A stretch of 63,997 bases of DNA, the filler included, from Asterionella formosa (taxonomy: Eukaryota): assembly GCA_002256025.1 (NCBI GenBank). It is 8 parts of 8 records of this genome, joined end to end, with 100 filler letters (N's around TTAATTAATTAA, not from the genome) between each part and the next. Parts side by side here need not be neighbours in the genome. Positions count along the whole stretch, not along the records: positions 48,545 to 56,511 come from NKIB01012350.1; positions 56,612 to 63,997 come from NKIB01012460.1; 6 more parts are not named here. One strand, given 5' to 3'. The translations under genes were made by a program, and so were the position numbers. The notes beneath the pieces were generated by a model that saw nothing but the letters and a program-made list of their open reading frames with translations, made no database searches and was not told where the DNA came from. Of the stretch, positions 48,795-62,118 are shown piece after piece; the first letter of the stretch is position 1, and each line of letters opens with the position of its first letter.

Positions 48795-50151
48795 GCGGGA
48801 TACAGTCGACCTTCAAATTGAAGGATGATTGAGTCGAGAAACCGGAAATTACCTGGGAGCCCAGGTAATGCAGAAAATAGTCGGCGGAGTTGAGTGTTGG
48901 GCCATGACTTCAGAGCAGTATGTCAAGGCGGCCATTGCCAATGTAGAGTTCAAACTCGACGAGTTGGGTCAGCGGCTTCCGACAAGGTGCACTACCCCAT
49001 TGCAGGGAAATATAGACAGGAACTGGATACCTCTGCCGAACTCATGATTGAAGGCGTGAGATACTACCAGGAATTGATCGGCGTGCTCCGCTGGGCATTG
49101 GAGCTTGGACAAATAGACATTGCTATGGAAGTTTCTATGTTATCCACTCACCTAGCGTTGCCGATAAGCGGACACTTACAGCAGGTATATCACATGTTTG
49201 GATATTTGAAATCCAAACCCAAGAGGACGTTGATCTTTGATCTGACACACCCCTATATAGACGAATCCATGTTTGTTAAATGCTATTGGCATAACTTTTA
49301 CAGGGGAGTGCAGGAGTCTATTCCAGGGGACGCACCCAAGCCCAGAGGTAATGTTGTAACTATTCACTGTTTTGTGGATGCGGATCAGGCGGGGAATTGG
49401 GTGACGAGGCGCTCGCAGACCGGGATACTGATTTTTGTGAATCAGGCTCCAGAAGATCTCGGTCGAACTGACCGAGGCATTGAGGTATAAGCTGAGAATG
49501 TTTGGAATCCCAATCGATCGACCGACTAACGTTTTCAGCGACAACGAGGCGGTGACGAAGAACACGATTTATCCAGAAAAAGAAACATAATGCGATAGCG
49601 TATCACAGAGCGAGAGAAGCTGTGGCGGCAGGGATGATTCGGGTAACGAAGGAAGATGGAAAGACTAATTTGGCTGTTGTGCTGACGAAGCCATTACCCC
49701 AAATTACACGACAGTATTTGAGCGACAAGTTCATGTATTGATGGCTGTTGGATCACAGTGGGTCAAAGATTGAAGCCAAGGTTCATCACGATGTCATAAC
49801 CTATGACACCGTTTACCTCCTGGGCACGCAATGACGTGTGGCACCAAATCCAGGTCGATGTTTAGTTGTATATTTGTTTGGTTTCACCTCCCATGAATTC
49901 AAGGGGACTGAGCAAATATTGCAGTGCAGTGTGGGCGCGTGGGTGCGTGTACCGTGTCATACGGTACAGTGTACTAACTAGCCGTTAGAGTGCTTTAGCA
50001 ATAGTACAGCGTATGTATATAAATCTTTAAGATTATGTTTTAACCTTTATCTTTCTTTCCTTCTGCACCATGTAAGTTGTTCTGCTGACCACGCTAGTGT
50101 ATTTATTCGGGGGACATCATCAGGACAAGCCGTGGAGAACCATGTTTAACA
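48795..50151 (+). mobile_element. Copia relic: RT C-terminus, RNase H, PPT and 3' LTR (49909-50151)
   Basis: YLGA...YVKAAIANVE...YQELIGVLRWALELG.IDI..EVS.LS...FVDADQAG..VTRRSQTG...LRYKLRMFGIP...SDNEAV...HNAIAYHRAREAVAAG. PPT CAAGGGGAC, then TGAGC...TTAACA. Confidence 0.92.
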
Positions 50152-51449
50152 GGAGACAAATCTGGTATGACCAAATTTCAACTCAGTCTTCGGGCATAGT
50201 TTGACTTGCAAACACGTTTTGTTGGTTCGCTGATCAATGCCAGTACAGAAGCATTTTGCTTCTTGGTGCTGAAAGGAAAATTCCGATTGCAACAAAAATA
50301 TTTGGGTTTCAATAAGCAACAATATTCGTCATTCTACCGATTTTGTCGACATTGGTGGGAAACCACTCGTTTATTATAAGGAAATCTACACTGGACTTTC
50401 ACAAAAGAATCGATCTGAATATGAAAGGCAGGAATCCTAGTGGAATTGCTTTTCCCACCACAAATATCATCTACCCACACTCATACTTCTCATTTCCTAA
50501 CTTAAGTCAAGAAGATATGCATGAATTTGTTGAATCACTTTAACCAAATGTTCCTGAAAAGAATATTGATTATAATGACCTTATTAATCAACGGGACATT
50601 GATGACGATGTTGATTTTGATTGGATCTAATACAATCCAATGCATACTTAGTAGTTACATATTAACTATAGTTAGTGTGAGACTTCTACAAATGCAAGCC
50701 ATATCATAGATGATAGGAAAACATTGATTCTGCTCTATACTACTATTACTATTAGTGCCGCCTGTACTACATGTAGCAGTATACCTCCATTTTTACTACT
50801 ATGGTGGAGTAATAATTTCACGACTCTGTATTTTCCAGCACAGCATGTTCGAACTGGCGCTCAATTTATTATTATAAATTAATTCATTTTCATTCTATCC
50901 TTTTCATATCCTGACTTGTTCATCATTTGCAATTTGCAATGTATTTGCGGACATTGCAATGGTGTTATCTGTGTAACTACAAATTTCGGAAGAACAAATT
51001 CCCATCTGAGTCTCACAACTGAAATTGTAGCAACCGTGTTTTCTATGCATATGGTCACTGTCGACATTGCATGAAAGAACATTGAGACCCTGGAATACAT
51101 AATCAAACTATGTATTGCGGTAGTGCATCGAATCATTCAAGGAAAGAAGTTGATGGCAGTGTAACTACTGCATCATTTAGGAACAATAGACAACAAGAAA
51201 AGATTATGTGCCCAAACCCTCAATCAAGTAGGCACAATCAGCTATTTCATGATGACAGCAACGATTCAGTTTATAACAATATTCAGTAACAACAAGACGA
51301 ACAATTGAGACTAAAAACTCTCCAAGGATCGAATTCAGAAACCATGCAATATTCACCAGCTTTCTCGCATAAAATGCAATGGAAATGCCCCTTCTTCCTC
51401 AATTTTAACTTCCAAGTAAACATTCCCTAAACATGCATCCAATAGAATT

Positions 51450-52600
51450 AGAACTCATGCCATTCCTTAACGAGAACTACCTACCATCTACCAGTTTACT
51501 TTGATCATCTAGTCCAATCGGATTAAAACTCATGTTATCTCTTAACAATAGTTATCTTCCACCAGTTTACTTTGATCATAAATAGCTTTTGAAGAAAAAA
51601 AAATATTTTGATGGAAGGCAGGTATCAAGCTCCTTCCTACCAGACTTTGAAAAAACGCATGCATATTTTATTTCCACCAACATTAGCTAGTTGTCAACTG
51701 TTGACCAAACAAATAATGGTCAAATTATAAAGATTGATGACAATTCAAACATGATCATCCCACGCACACTCCAATATTTCGAACCAGTACAGCTCATGAC
51801 AGGATTGTTACGTGATTCCGATATCATGCAACATTTTGTATGTCACCCACAAGTGAAACTTACAACTTGTGGAGAACACATGCATATATGACGAAGTAAC
51901 TTCCGCGACTTGGTTTGAAAATGCATTCAACAATTCTCCTGCATCAGAAAATGGAGTGTTGAAGACAGGGTGTTTATTTGTTGCCATAGCAGTTTTCAGT
52001 GATGATGGTTCACCTATTGATAAACAAATGAAACATTCCAAGCATCCGTTTTTGCTGACAATGTTACACTTAACGTTAGAAGGAAGAAAAAAGGTTGATG
52101 GATGGCATTTAGTATCTCTTTTGCCAGACATTGAAGTCAGTGATCTGGAGAAACAAATGAAAAATAAGTTATCTGGTGAGCGCAACGAATTGTCCTTATG
52201 TAGACTCAAATTATATCACTTTGTTACAGGATTTCTATTGTCGCCTTTCGAAGAGCGATCCAAACAAGTCATACGATATTTGGGTTCATGGTCTTGGTAT
52301 GACAAGAGTTTATTTCCAGATTGGAATGATCATTGGTGATACAGAAGAACACATCCAAATTTATGGCTTCAGGGGCGGTATTGGATTATATCGATGATAT
52401 GTTTGTCGTGATTGCCTGGCTGGTTTCAACTGAAGATGCTGATAATCCCGATATTGGATGTGAATGTCGTAAAGTGCTAGATGCTAAAAAGTTTTTAAAC
52501 ATATTTCTTGAAGAGAATTATATCAGTTGCTAAGATTTTGATTGGTCCTCAACTGGAAATGATATCTCAAATTGGCTTACGAATGGCAAAATTTCATGGA
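51450..52600 (+). mobile_element. Degenerate Plavaka-like (CACTA-related) transposase
   Basis: LLRD.DIM...YDEV.SATWF...IAVFSD...D......PF..T.......R....W.LV.LLP...LKLYH...L...MIIGDTEEH....G....CRDC fits the Plavaka motif order. Fragmented. Confidence 0.6.
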
Positions 52601-53626
52601 ATGAAACATTACCCTCATCTGATTAGGAAGTTTGTTCTGATCTCCTCTTAATTTCTTTGGTTATTTGGAATCTTTTTTGAAAGACAAAATTGAAACGAAC
52701 CAGTAAGCGTGTCATTGGACAATTACATCGATTAAAGCATGACATTTTAACAAGGTCATATGAAACAAGGCAGTTTTCCGTGGCATGATTTGTTTTGCAA
52801 GTGATACATTACATAAAGAAAACAAAGAAAAGAATATGAGTAAAGTATATATCAAAGTAAGTGAGGGTATTTCAACAGAAATTGATTTCGAAGGAATGAT
52901 TCCAGATACAATGATGTTGCCTAGTACTAGTATGTCGCCTGATAATTTGGGAATATCGCATACCAGGATCCATTCACCATCTCTTCCTGTTAAAGTTCAA
53001 TTTGCTCTCTGCTTCATCATCAAATGGTCTAATGTCGATGAATGAGAGAATGAGGAAAGGGGTGAGCCCGATAACTAATCTTACAAGCTCAAAAGGAGTT
53101 TGGAAGTTGTGTTTGTTAACAGAGTGATTAGACAGGTTTTACCGGACTAGAATAATGGGTCACAAGAGTACACAAGAACACTTCATGTGTCAGATCAGCA
53201 GGACAGAATAGTAATTTATAACACACACAGATAAATTCTTGCATACATTTTTTTGATCTCGCCCTGCCGCCCATAAATTAATAATACAATACATAAAGTG
53301 GATTTGTAGATATCATCAGCCATGTGATGGAAGAACTGTACTTGGTACTGAAAAATGTGGATTTTTATTTTCTGCACGAAAATCTGTCAGGGATCTCGTC
53401 TACTTTTTTCCTATTAGTAAGATCTGCCTGTCAGCAGCGGGTTCTTCTTGCTTCCGCCATGATTCATTTTTCGGCCCTTGCTGTCTAGAAAATGTGGATG
53501 ATTTCTAACCGCAGAAATGTGTAGAAAGATTGTTCATTTTTTTACCAGCCACTGTAGGTCTACATAAATAATAGATTCACTACAAATATATATAGTAGCA
53601 GGTACTCCCCTGTACCTAGTACCTGG

Positions 53627-54345
53627 TGAAGTATCCAACTAGAAGTAGTAGTATTTGTTGAATATATGAGCTTTTGAGCTTATTAGTTAATCCATGTGTG
53701 CACTTCCCCTAGGCTTACAATAAAGTATTCAATAGGTGTTAGTTGAGTTCACTCTTGATAGAGTTCTGATATAATCTAAACAACCCTTAAAGCCCTACAG
53801 AAGTATGTGTGGTTGAGCGAGGTTGCTCATCCTCCCAAACAAAGGGAAAACTCGTTCAGTAATATGCTATAGTTTTTTGAAAAGTGACTGTACCATTGGC
53901 ATGAACTAGAATAATAAAATTTGGACATCATTTATGACATCCAAGGTATTTGGATTATGCAATAGGAATAGAATCCCATGGCCAACTTTGTAAATCACAA
54001 GAGAAATGGGAGAAATAGCATGATGGAGTCGTTTGTCAATTATCGCTTGCCAACGGTGATGTATTAATTGCAAATCTTTAATTAAGGAATATTTCACATC
54101 ATATATCATGTTGGAAAACCAATGCTCCTGGTGAAATATGAATGTTCTTTGCCTGGTAGCTCGAGCTGTATGTGATGCAGCTACAAAACATGTATCAACA
54201 ATACTCTGAGTTTGAAATTCATTAATGGGAACGAGGATGAGCCATTAATATGAGAACCCATAGACTGTTACTGATATATTGAAGGAGACATTTCACAAAT
54301 AGCATTAGCTTGTCGTGGATTCTTGCTTGTAATTATCGTGAAAAA
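53627..54345 (-). mobile_element. Gypsy-type relic: integrase core and C-terminus plus 3' LTR (53627-53829)
   Basis: KNP.QANAICE...VDTC..AA.H.ARAT...DLQLIH.R.QAIID.RL...HANGTVTF, followed by the LTR family seen at 23521 and 28868. Confidence 0.8.
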
Positions 54346-56061
54346 AATTTATCCAGGTAATGACTGACATGAGACGTATTCAAATATTTTGTCGTATGTA
54401 TATATATAATAATAGCATCGCTATTTTCGCATATATGCGATCTGTTCATCATATTGCTGGCTGGTTTTTAAGGTATATTGTTCACCAGCTGACAAATAGG
54501 AGGGTTCGTGACCACTTAAAGTTGCTAGGAGTCGGCAGGTATGGCCCTTGGCACAATACCCTAACTAGACATCATCATAGTGTCACCCCATGGATTTGAA
54601 GAAAACATGCATGCAAGAAAAACTGAATAGGGTTAGCTGTGTCAATATGATGAGGAATGTCAATGAATGAAAAATGCGTTAGACAGAACACTTTTGCTTC
54701 ATTGTCGACTGCCCCAAAAATTATCATATGGTTATAGCAATTTCTATTTGTTTACACTTCAACTAGCAATCTGTATTTTATGATTGATACATTTGCGTTC
54801 TTTGTTCCTACCCTGCAATCTAATGCCTTTGTATTCAATTGAACGCCTTTGATCGCTCCTAAGCATTGCAACCGAAATAACGAAACATGATCAAGTATTG
54901 ATTTATGATGTTGTAGTGTTTATAACTTTCTTTTTCTATTATTCTGGATGGAGAACAGGGAAAGATAGAATGTGATATGTGAGCGAAATTTTTGGACTAT
55001 CCATTCAGTATCCTCCCTTACTTGTGCATAGCTTCTTACATTCTCGAACATACATGTGACTTTGTTTCTGAAAGCGATATGATGGGCAAGTAAGTAAGTT
55101 TCAATGATTCGAACATGAACGACTGCATATCAATATGATAAACATTTTTATTTTGGCTTAGTACCTCGTCACTGGGTTGATAGTTCCTTTTCTCTTAGTT
55201 GTCTGTAGTAAACAATGGAAGCCAGAAGTCAGAGCTTGTATCATTGAACTGTTCATTTATACACACACATGTTCAACAACGATTTGTTTCCTCACATATA
55301 ATTCCTGATTGAAAATTCAGAATAACTCTTTATGGTAGCATGAACTTTCATCTCGAAAAGCCAGCTATCATTGATCCTGAAAGGGATGAGAATTGATGGG
55401 CTGGTCACGTAAGTTTGAATGATTCGACCTGATATAGCAAACTGCACATCGACAGCAACATTTCAATTTTGACTTACCTTGTCCTCAGATTGATTGTTCT
55501 TGTTGTTTTATTTATCTGTAGCAGACACTGATTGTGGTGACATGTCAGAACTCGATAATGAGCATAATATCAAGCAGTCAAACAACAATATTACTACTCA
55601 CATTTGTTCATTGCAGCATCAACAGATGGATTCAATTTTGCAATCATTTCTATAACACGCACATCATCGTCAATATCCATGTTCTTCTTTCAACAAACGC
55701 AAATAAGAAGTCAAGTTTTTTATCACGCTGCGGCCCACAAGTAGGCTACTTTACTTTTCATCATAACATGATCAATGGAGATGTGAAAATATCCAATTTT
55801 CACAATTTTGCATCGACAGCAACTTTGGGCAATAAAACCTAAATACAAAGGTACACAATGCAACAGTACATCCATGTAATTATTTACTTGCTATATAAAT
55901 CTGACAAACTTGTTTGTGAAAATAAATAGCATGTCTTGCAAACTTTAGTTCAAACCATGCGTTTACTTCGTTTAGTGGTGGCATACAGTTCAAAAGTCGC
56001 CGTAGTAGTGGCTTACAATATTAAGTGGTACCTGGTACTGGTAACATCATTTATTGACAGT

Positions 56062-56480
56062 TCATGTAGGACAATGATGCCTCTCCATCAAGGTCAAAAC
56101 ACGCAAAAGTGACTCAATCGAGCTCTTTCGATGACTAGGACTCAAATGAAGGGGCTCATTAGCTTGAAGCCCCTTGATCAGATTCCGTAAATCACTAGTT
56201 ATTTCGATCAAAGAAGATTTCTCAACTTGATCCTCAGGGTGCAAATTCAGATTTAGCACGGAAGGCTGCTTCACAGCCACCCCCGCAAAGACACGCTTAA
56301 TTGTCTCACTTCCAATTTGATCAGAAGCCTTTCTCTTGAGTGTGGTAGTTGAAACTTTGGAGACTGTATCAATGTCCTTGATAACCCTGACATGGACATT
56401 GTTGTCAGGTTGTTTAAGGATCAATGGAGGAAACGTGTGATCTTGCTCTACTACGAACCTTTGAGATTCACCGCAACATT
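56062..56480 (-). CDS. 3' end of an unknown protein near the contig end
   Basis: Open frame (...LKRKASDQ...SIESLLRVLTLMERHHCPT*) with gene-like composition; the 5' part is presumably lost at the linker. Confidence 0.4.
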
Positions 56481-57543
56481 GTCGTAAGCTACCAGATTCC
56501 GGATCGGAATTNNNNNNNNNNNNNNNNNNNNNNNNNNNNNNNNNNNNNNNNNNNNTTAATTAATTAANNNNNNNNNNNNNNNNNNNNNNNNNNNNNNNNN
56601 NNNNNNNNNNNGCAAGCAATATTCTCAAGGGAGGTCTGCAAAAAGAAGATTCCAATTTGCTTTGCGTATGTTGGAAAATACAATGTACAGGTGGGCTTTA
56701 GAAATACCCACTTACTGTTTTTTGGGAATTCGTCCCAGGCAGACCACTTGGAATCGATTTTCGCTAGAGTATGTAGTTTCTAGAGGGACAGTGTACATCA
56801 TGCATATATATGTTATTAGGGTACAAAAAATATTTATCGAGGAATATTAGAACAGATGGATAAGTTCCGATTACAGATGAATAAGTTCCGATTATGAGAA
56901 TTTGAGAAAAAGGACTACCTATGTTTGCATACCACGTCAATTCCGAGATTACGTATGCATTATTTACGAATGGAATCAGTATAGGAAAGGCACCCTTTTT
57001 CTTGGGGCCTTATTGCGACAATGATCCCCAAGGATGGGCTTTCGGCCGAGTTGCACTGATCGATCACTGTGGTTCTACTTGTGGTGAGATTGAGAGCCTA
57101 TGCAACGATGATCCATCCATTTCTTTTGGGCCAGAGTGGTTGTACCAGGAGTTTCCTGACTGCTGTTTTGGCTATGAACCCACCTATTGGCATTACCATC
57201 ATGTGGTTGCCACTCAATCCCATTTCTGTCCTTGCATCATTCGGGAGAAACAAAAGACCCTGACCTCATACAGAACAGTTTGGAGTTTATGCATGAGTTG
57301 TCCTCACCTCTTGTGATTAATTACAAATTTCCCTAACTAACCAAGAAGTATTGCACTAAATTAACTTTCCTGACCAAAATTTGGAAGGACCATAATTTGG
57401 CTTCTTATTAGATAAAAACATAAAATAGATTGAATATATAATTGGCTAGAGGCAAAACCCACAGATGCTTGTAAGTCCACTATTCTGGCAACTGCAAGAT
57501 CAGAAAGGGTATGAATGTTCACAAATCATCAAAGCAAAGGTCA

Positions 57544-59776
57544 CTAACCAGCACAAGATTTACTATTTTCACAGAAACTGCCACAGTTGCAAATCAGTAG
57601 TGGACAAGCATAAATGCCCTGTATTGGTGCAATATTACATGCTTCTGTTGGAACTGCCCCTGTGAAATAATTTTTTCCAAAAGATAATATGGCTATCAAA
57701 AAAGTGAAATATCAGAACAAATGGTCAAGAAATGTAAGTTTCATATTAAAAAAACTTACTCAATGAAGACATGAGACCAATTTCTGTGGGAATTTCATCA
57801 GTAAACATATTGGAATGAATCTGAAAATTATTGACTTTTGTCAAATTGCCAATCTCTGTCGGAAGTGCACCAGTCAACTGATTATCATATAGATACAATT
57901 TCGTTAGATTTGTCAAGTATCCAATCTCTGTTGGAAGTGTCCCATTTAACTGGTTGTTGTCGGCTCCAAATTCTATGAGGCTCGTCCAATTTCCTATTTC
58001 TGTTGGAAGTGCACCAGTCAACTGATTATCATATAAATACAATAATGTTAGATTTGTCAAGAATCCAATCTCTGAAGGAAGTGTTCCATTGAAATGGTTT
58101 GTGCTTGCATCAAATGTTGCAACATTTTTCAAATTGCCAATTTCTTTCGGAAATGCACCAGTCAACTGGTTTACCCAAAGAACTAATACTGTTAGACCTG
58201 TCAAGTATCCAATCTCTGTAGGAACTGTGCCAGAGAGACGGTTGGAATTTGCTCTAAAATCAATGAGATTTGTCAAATTGCCAATCTCTGGAGGAATGGT
58301 ACCAGTGAATGAATTGTTGAAGATATATAATTTCATTAAACTTGTAAAGAATCCAATTTCTGTTGGAATTGTTCCCTTCAAAAAATTTATTTGTAAAGAC
58401 AAAAATTCAACAAGGTTAGTCAATTTGCCAAGTTCTGTTGGAAGTGTTCCAGTCAACTTGTTACCATACAATGACAATGCTGTGATGTTGGTCAACTGTC
58501 CAAGCTCCATTGGAATTGGTCCAGCAAGCTTGTTATTGCTTACAAACAACCCTGTAACACTTGTCAGTCGACCCATTTCACTTGGTAGTGATCCACTTAG
58601 AATATTATTTGACAAGTGCAACATTTCTTTGTTGTAAAATTATATTACTCATTTCATTAGTGAGCGATTCTCAATAATAATTTGATTTTTTCTTGCTGTG
58701 ATTGTATACTTACCTAAGTTTGATAAAAGACCAACTTCCAGGGGAATGGACCCCATTAAGGTATTGTTGTACAAATCTATCGAAATGACCTGGCTACTAT
58801 CCATATTGCAAGTCAATCCAAACCAATTGCAATAATTGTTGGTGCTAAATAGCCACAATGAACGGTTGAGCCACTGGTCTCCAGAAGTTGCATAATAAAG
58901 AGTCACCAAGGCATAGATTTGGAGCAACGTATCATTATACATGATATCTGCAGTACCTGGCTCACTTTCCAACCAGAGCATTGCCTGCTGTTGTGGCGTG
59001 CCATTAGTCAAAAGTGCAGCCCCATTATCAAACGAGTTATTTGACAAAAACAAAAAAAATGGTGTAGAGAGAATTACAAATGTGGGAGCCAACTTTTGAT
59101 TGTCCGGAACATAAGATGTTGGAACCAATGTTGGATTATTCGGTTTGCTGTTCTGAGTAAGCACAACTGCAAGTACAACAGCTACGATGGCAACAAGACT
59201 TGTGAAACCGCAAGATACCATGATGTTGATCATGCTACGGTGACGTTGGGCCTTTGCTTCAGCCTCAGTGTTGATGGCCGTCACAGTGTCAATCAAAATA
59301 GTGGCAGACATAAAGGTTTCAAATTCATCAACAGGAGTGGCATTCACTGTCTCCTGTTGGCCTCCCTCTATGGCATGAATGGCAAGTGGTTGTTGACTGA
59401 TTCCATGGGACTCCTCTTCATTCCATTCATTGTTTGTAGCTTCAGTACTAGGACTTGCACGATCTCTCGCTCCCACCGCAACTGCTCCAGGAATTGTTTG
59501 TGGAGGTGCTGGTTCTTCATGCTCCACCGCCACCTTGGAAGAATCCTGGTACGAAAAATTAGACCCTCGCCCGGCCTTGTGGTCAACATGTTCCTTCTCA
59601 TCAAACACTTGTCCATGTGAAGAGTCAGAGTCCCGTGCTCGTTCTTCCTCCTTTGCTTCGTCAGCAAAAGGCAAGGTGGAATCAATACTCTTCTTTTTTG
59701 CAGGCAGAGAAGGTTTCACTGCACTTACGTGATCACCTGGGCTGCCTTTCTTGATATTCTTTTTATCGTTGTTCAT
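57544..59776 (-). CDS. Type II transmembrane LRR receptor-like protein, 692 aa; exons 59776-58714, 58626-57760 and 57692-57544
   Basis: N-tail with FADEAKEEE and PGAVAV, TM helix (LVAIVAVVLAVVL), N-cap YALVTLYYATSG..W....W......C.WFG..C, about 13 LRRs. Two GTAAGT...AG introns (87 and 67 nt, both phase 1) restore the frame and add the Cys-rich end ACNIAPIQGIYACPLLICNCGSFCENSKSCAG*. Confidence 0.9.
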
Positions 59777-60439
59777 AATGCTGATTGAATATTGTGTTTA
59801 ACGAACAGGATAACCATAACAGTAAGACACGATTATGTGAAGAATAAAATATAAAACATTAATCAAACCAGCAAAATATCGGATGCAATATTGCTCAAGG
59901 AAGGTTCGGGAAATGAAGATTGTTGGTTTGAGTTTTTTTACCGTGAAGTTATTACTATATGGGTATAAGAAGGCTGAGTTTCGCTTAATCCTGGAGGCAG
60001 AAATCTTGAAATCCTTCTTTCAAGGTTTGTTTCTACAGGGACAGTATATTTGTTGACCCGACAAGATAGATGCATTGTTATAATTGCACATTACTCCGCA
60101 GCTGGCACTACCTGGTACCTGGTGAAGGTGCTCGTACCCGGTAGGAGCACCAGGGTACCCTGGTGTCACCCTGGTACTATACATTGTCTTCCGGTACTGG
60201 TAAGCTTCTTCCAATTACCAGCACCCGGAAATGCAGCCCAAGGAGAAATCTCGAAATCGTTCTTCTTTCAAGGTTCTTACTTCTAACGGACAGGAGATTA
60301 CTGGTACGCAACGGTATAATGTGTTTTGGTGGCCCGATGATATCTTCATCGTTATTGCACAGCAGGCATGTGGTACCTGGTACCCGGTACCAGGTAACTG
60401 GTAATTAGGATGGATGGTGATGATGATGATGATATGGTT

Positions 60440-60640
60440 ATCCTACATCCGCCGGCATAAAAAAATGCGGCCCCGCAGTTACACATCGCGAGGTCTGAAT
60501 GTTCCCAAAGTACGTGGAGATAAATAAAATACCGGTAGTTAAAGGAAAAAATAGCTGTTAGGGTTAGGGTTAGGGAAAAGGGAAGACGCCTCTAGGCGTC
60601 ATCCCTATAGAGCATCCAGCCCTTCTAGGGCTGGACATGT
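60440..60640. mobile_element. Element terminus with (TTAGGG)3 and paired hairpins; Helentron/HINE-like
   Basis: GTTAGGGTTAGGGTTAGGGAAAAGGGAAGACGCC-TCTA-GGCGTC and TCCAGCCC-TTCTA-GGGCTGGA hairpins. GGTTAGGGAAAAGGGAAGACGC recurs at ~3465 and AAAGTACGTGGAGATA at ~14559. Superfamily assignment is inference. Confidence 0.45.
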
Positions 60641-61241
60641 AACTGTAGCACGCAGTATGACTAATCCTACAGATGGAAACTGGTATGAGAATGAATGTGT
60701 AAGTACCAGTTGTTTGTTTTTGATATGAATATGTAGAAGGGCACTGTTTTTGTACTTACCAGAGTGATGGTCATGTAAAATGTTACACATTATGTTATGC
60801 ATGTCATATATTTATATAATTCGAATTCGCGGGTGCGTCCTGATTGACATGGTGGAGTGGAAATATTCGTTATTTCTTTTTGGTGTGGTTTTGCAATTAC
60901 GTGGGCACGGCATCAGGTGCGGCATGATGATATGGTTTGAAAGATGTAATTGGTATCGTTACGAAAAAGAATTTCATGTCATATGTGAAGATGAGTTGGG
61001 TTCACTGAATCGAGTAAAGACGTTGTCATTTGGACAAGAATTGAATGAGAAACAATGGACGGTGTGATCGTCATGGTGTGTTTGTTTTTGATGTTAATGA
61101 TAATGGTTGTATGACAATGTTAACAGGCTACTGTACAGTACAATGTACTTGTATCTTGTACCTTTTTATATTTGTACTGGTTTACTGGTACTGATTTGAA
61201 ATGACGATCGGTATTTTGTTGTGATTATTTTTATGTACGCC

Positions 61242-61513
61242 GTATTGGTACGTGGTACCTGGTACCTGGTAGGTCATTGATCTATCCGGTAGCATGTTCT
61301 CCGTAGACTGAGAAGAGATCCTTTTTTTTACTGTACAGTATATGTATTTTGTTATGATCATTTTTATGTAGCTGCACATACGTGTATTTGTTTAGTACCT
61401 GGTACCTGGTACCTGGTATGATGTATTGGTACGTGGTACCTTGAAGTTCATTGATCTATCCGGTAGCATGTCCTCCGTAGACAGAGAAGAGATCGTTTTT
61501 TTACTGTACAGTA
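61242..61513. repeat. Direct repeat of about 95 bp (61242-61340 and 61423-61513)
   Basis: GTATTGGTACGTGGTACCT...CATTGATCTATCCGGTAGCATG...TACTGTACAGTAT present twice. Confidence 0.85.
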
Positions 61514-62118
61514 TAATGAATAGATTTATACTGGTGACGGACACTGATTTGAAATGTTCAGTATAATGTATTTGTACTTGTACTTGTACCTTTGTTGATT
61601 TATACTGGTGACCGACACTGATTTGAAATTATGGTACCTGGGATTTGGTGCAGTCACAGGCACGTTCTTATTTTGTTTGTATGTTCTTCTTTGTTTTTCA
61701 TGTAGTATGTACTTCATACCAAGAAGAGAGAGCCTTAACGCTAACCCTAACAGCAGAATTTTGAAATTATGGTTGGCACTTTTTATGTATACATCGGATT
61801 ATTTGTATTCCTTCTTTATGTTTTTAACTTCTTAGTTATACTTCAAATTTTTGTAATTAAGCGAGTTTGATCTTTATGCATTAATTTATGTGTTATTGTT
61901 TGTTATTTTATTCATGTAGGTACATACTTAGTTTTTTTTTATAGATAAACTGATGTTATTGAGAGACAGTTTGTTAAAAATTCTTCTTGTTTAGCGAGTT
62001 GAGCGATTTGCTATTCCATTCATTTATTGAACAGTTTTGTGCGTTCATTTATTGAATAGTTTTGTGTGTTCATATATTGTCTCAAATTATCTTCATATTT
62101 TTAATTTTATTTGAAAAG

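Noticed and set aside
54900..55850. Tandemly duplicated exon/intron-like units of about 320 bp on the minus strand
   Set aside because: The duplication is visible but all frames are interrupted and no product is recognisable.
60556..60575. Telomere
   Set aside because: Only three TTAGGG units, internal to a contig and part of a dispersed repeat end.
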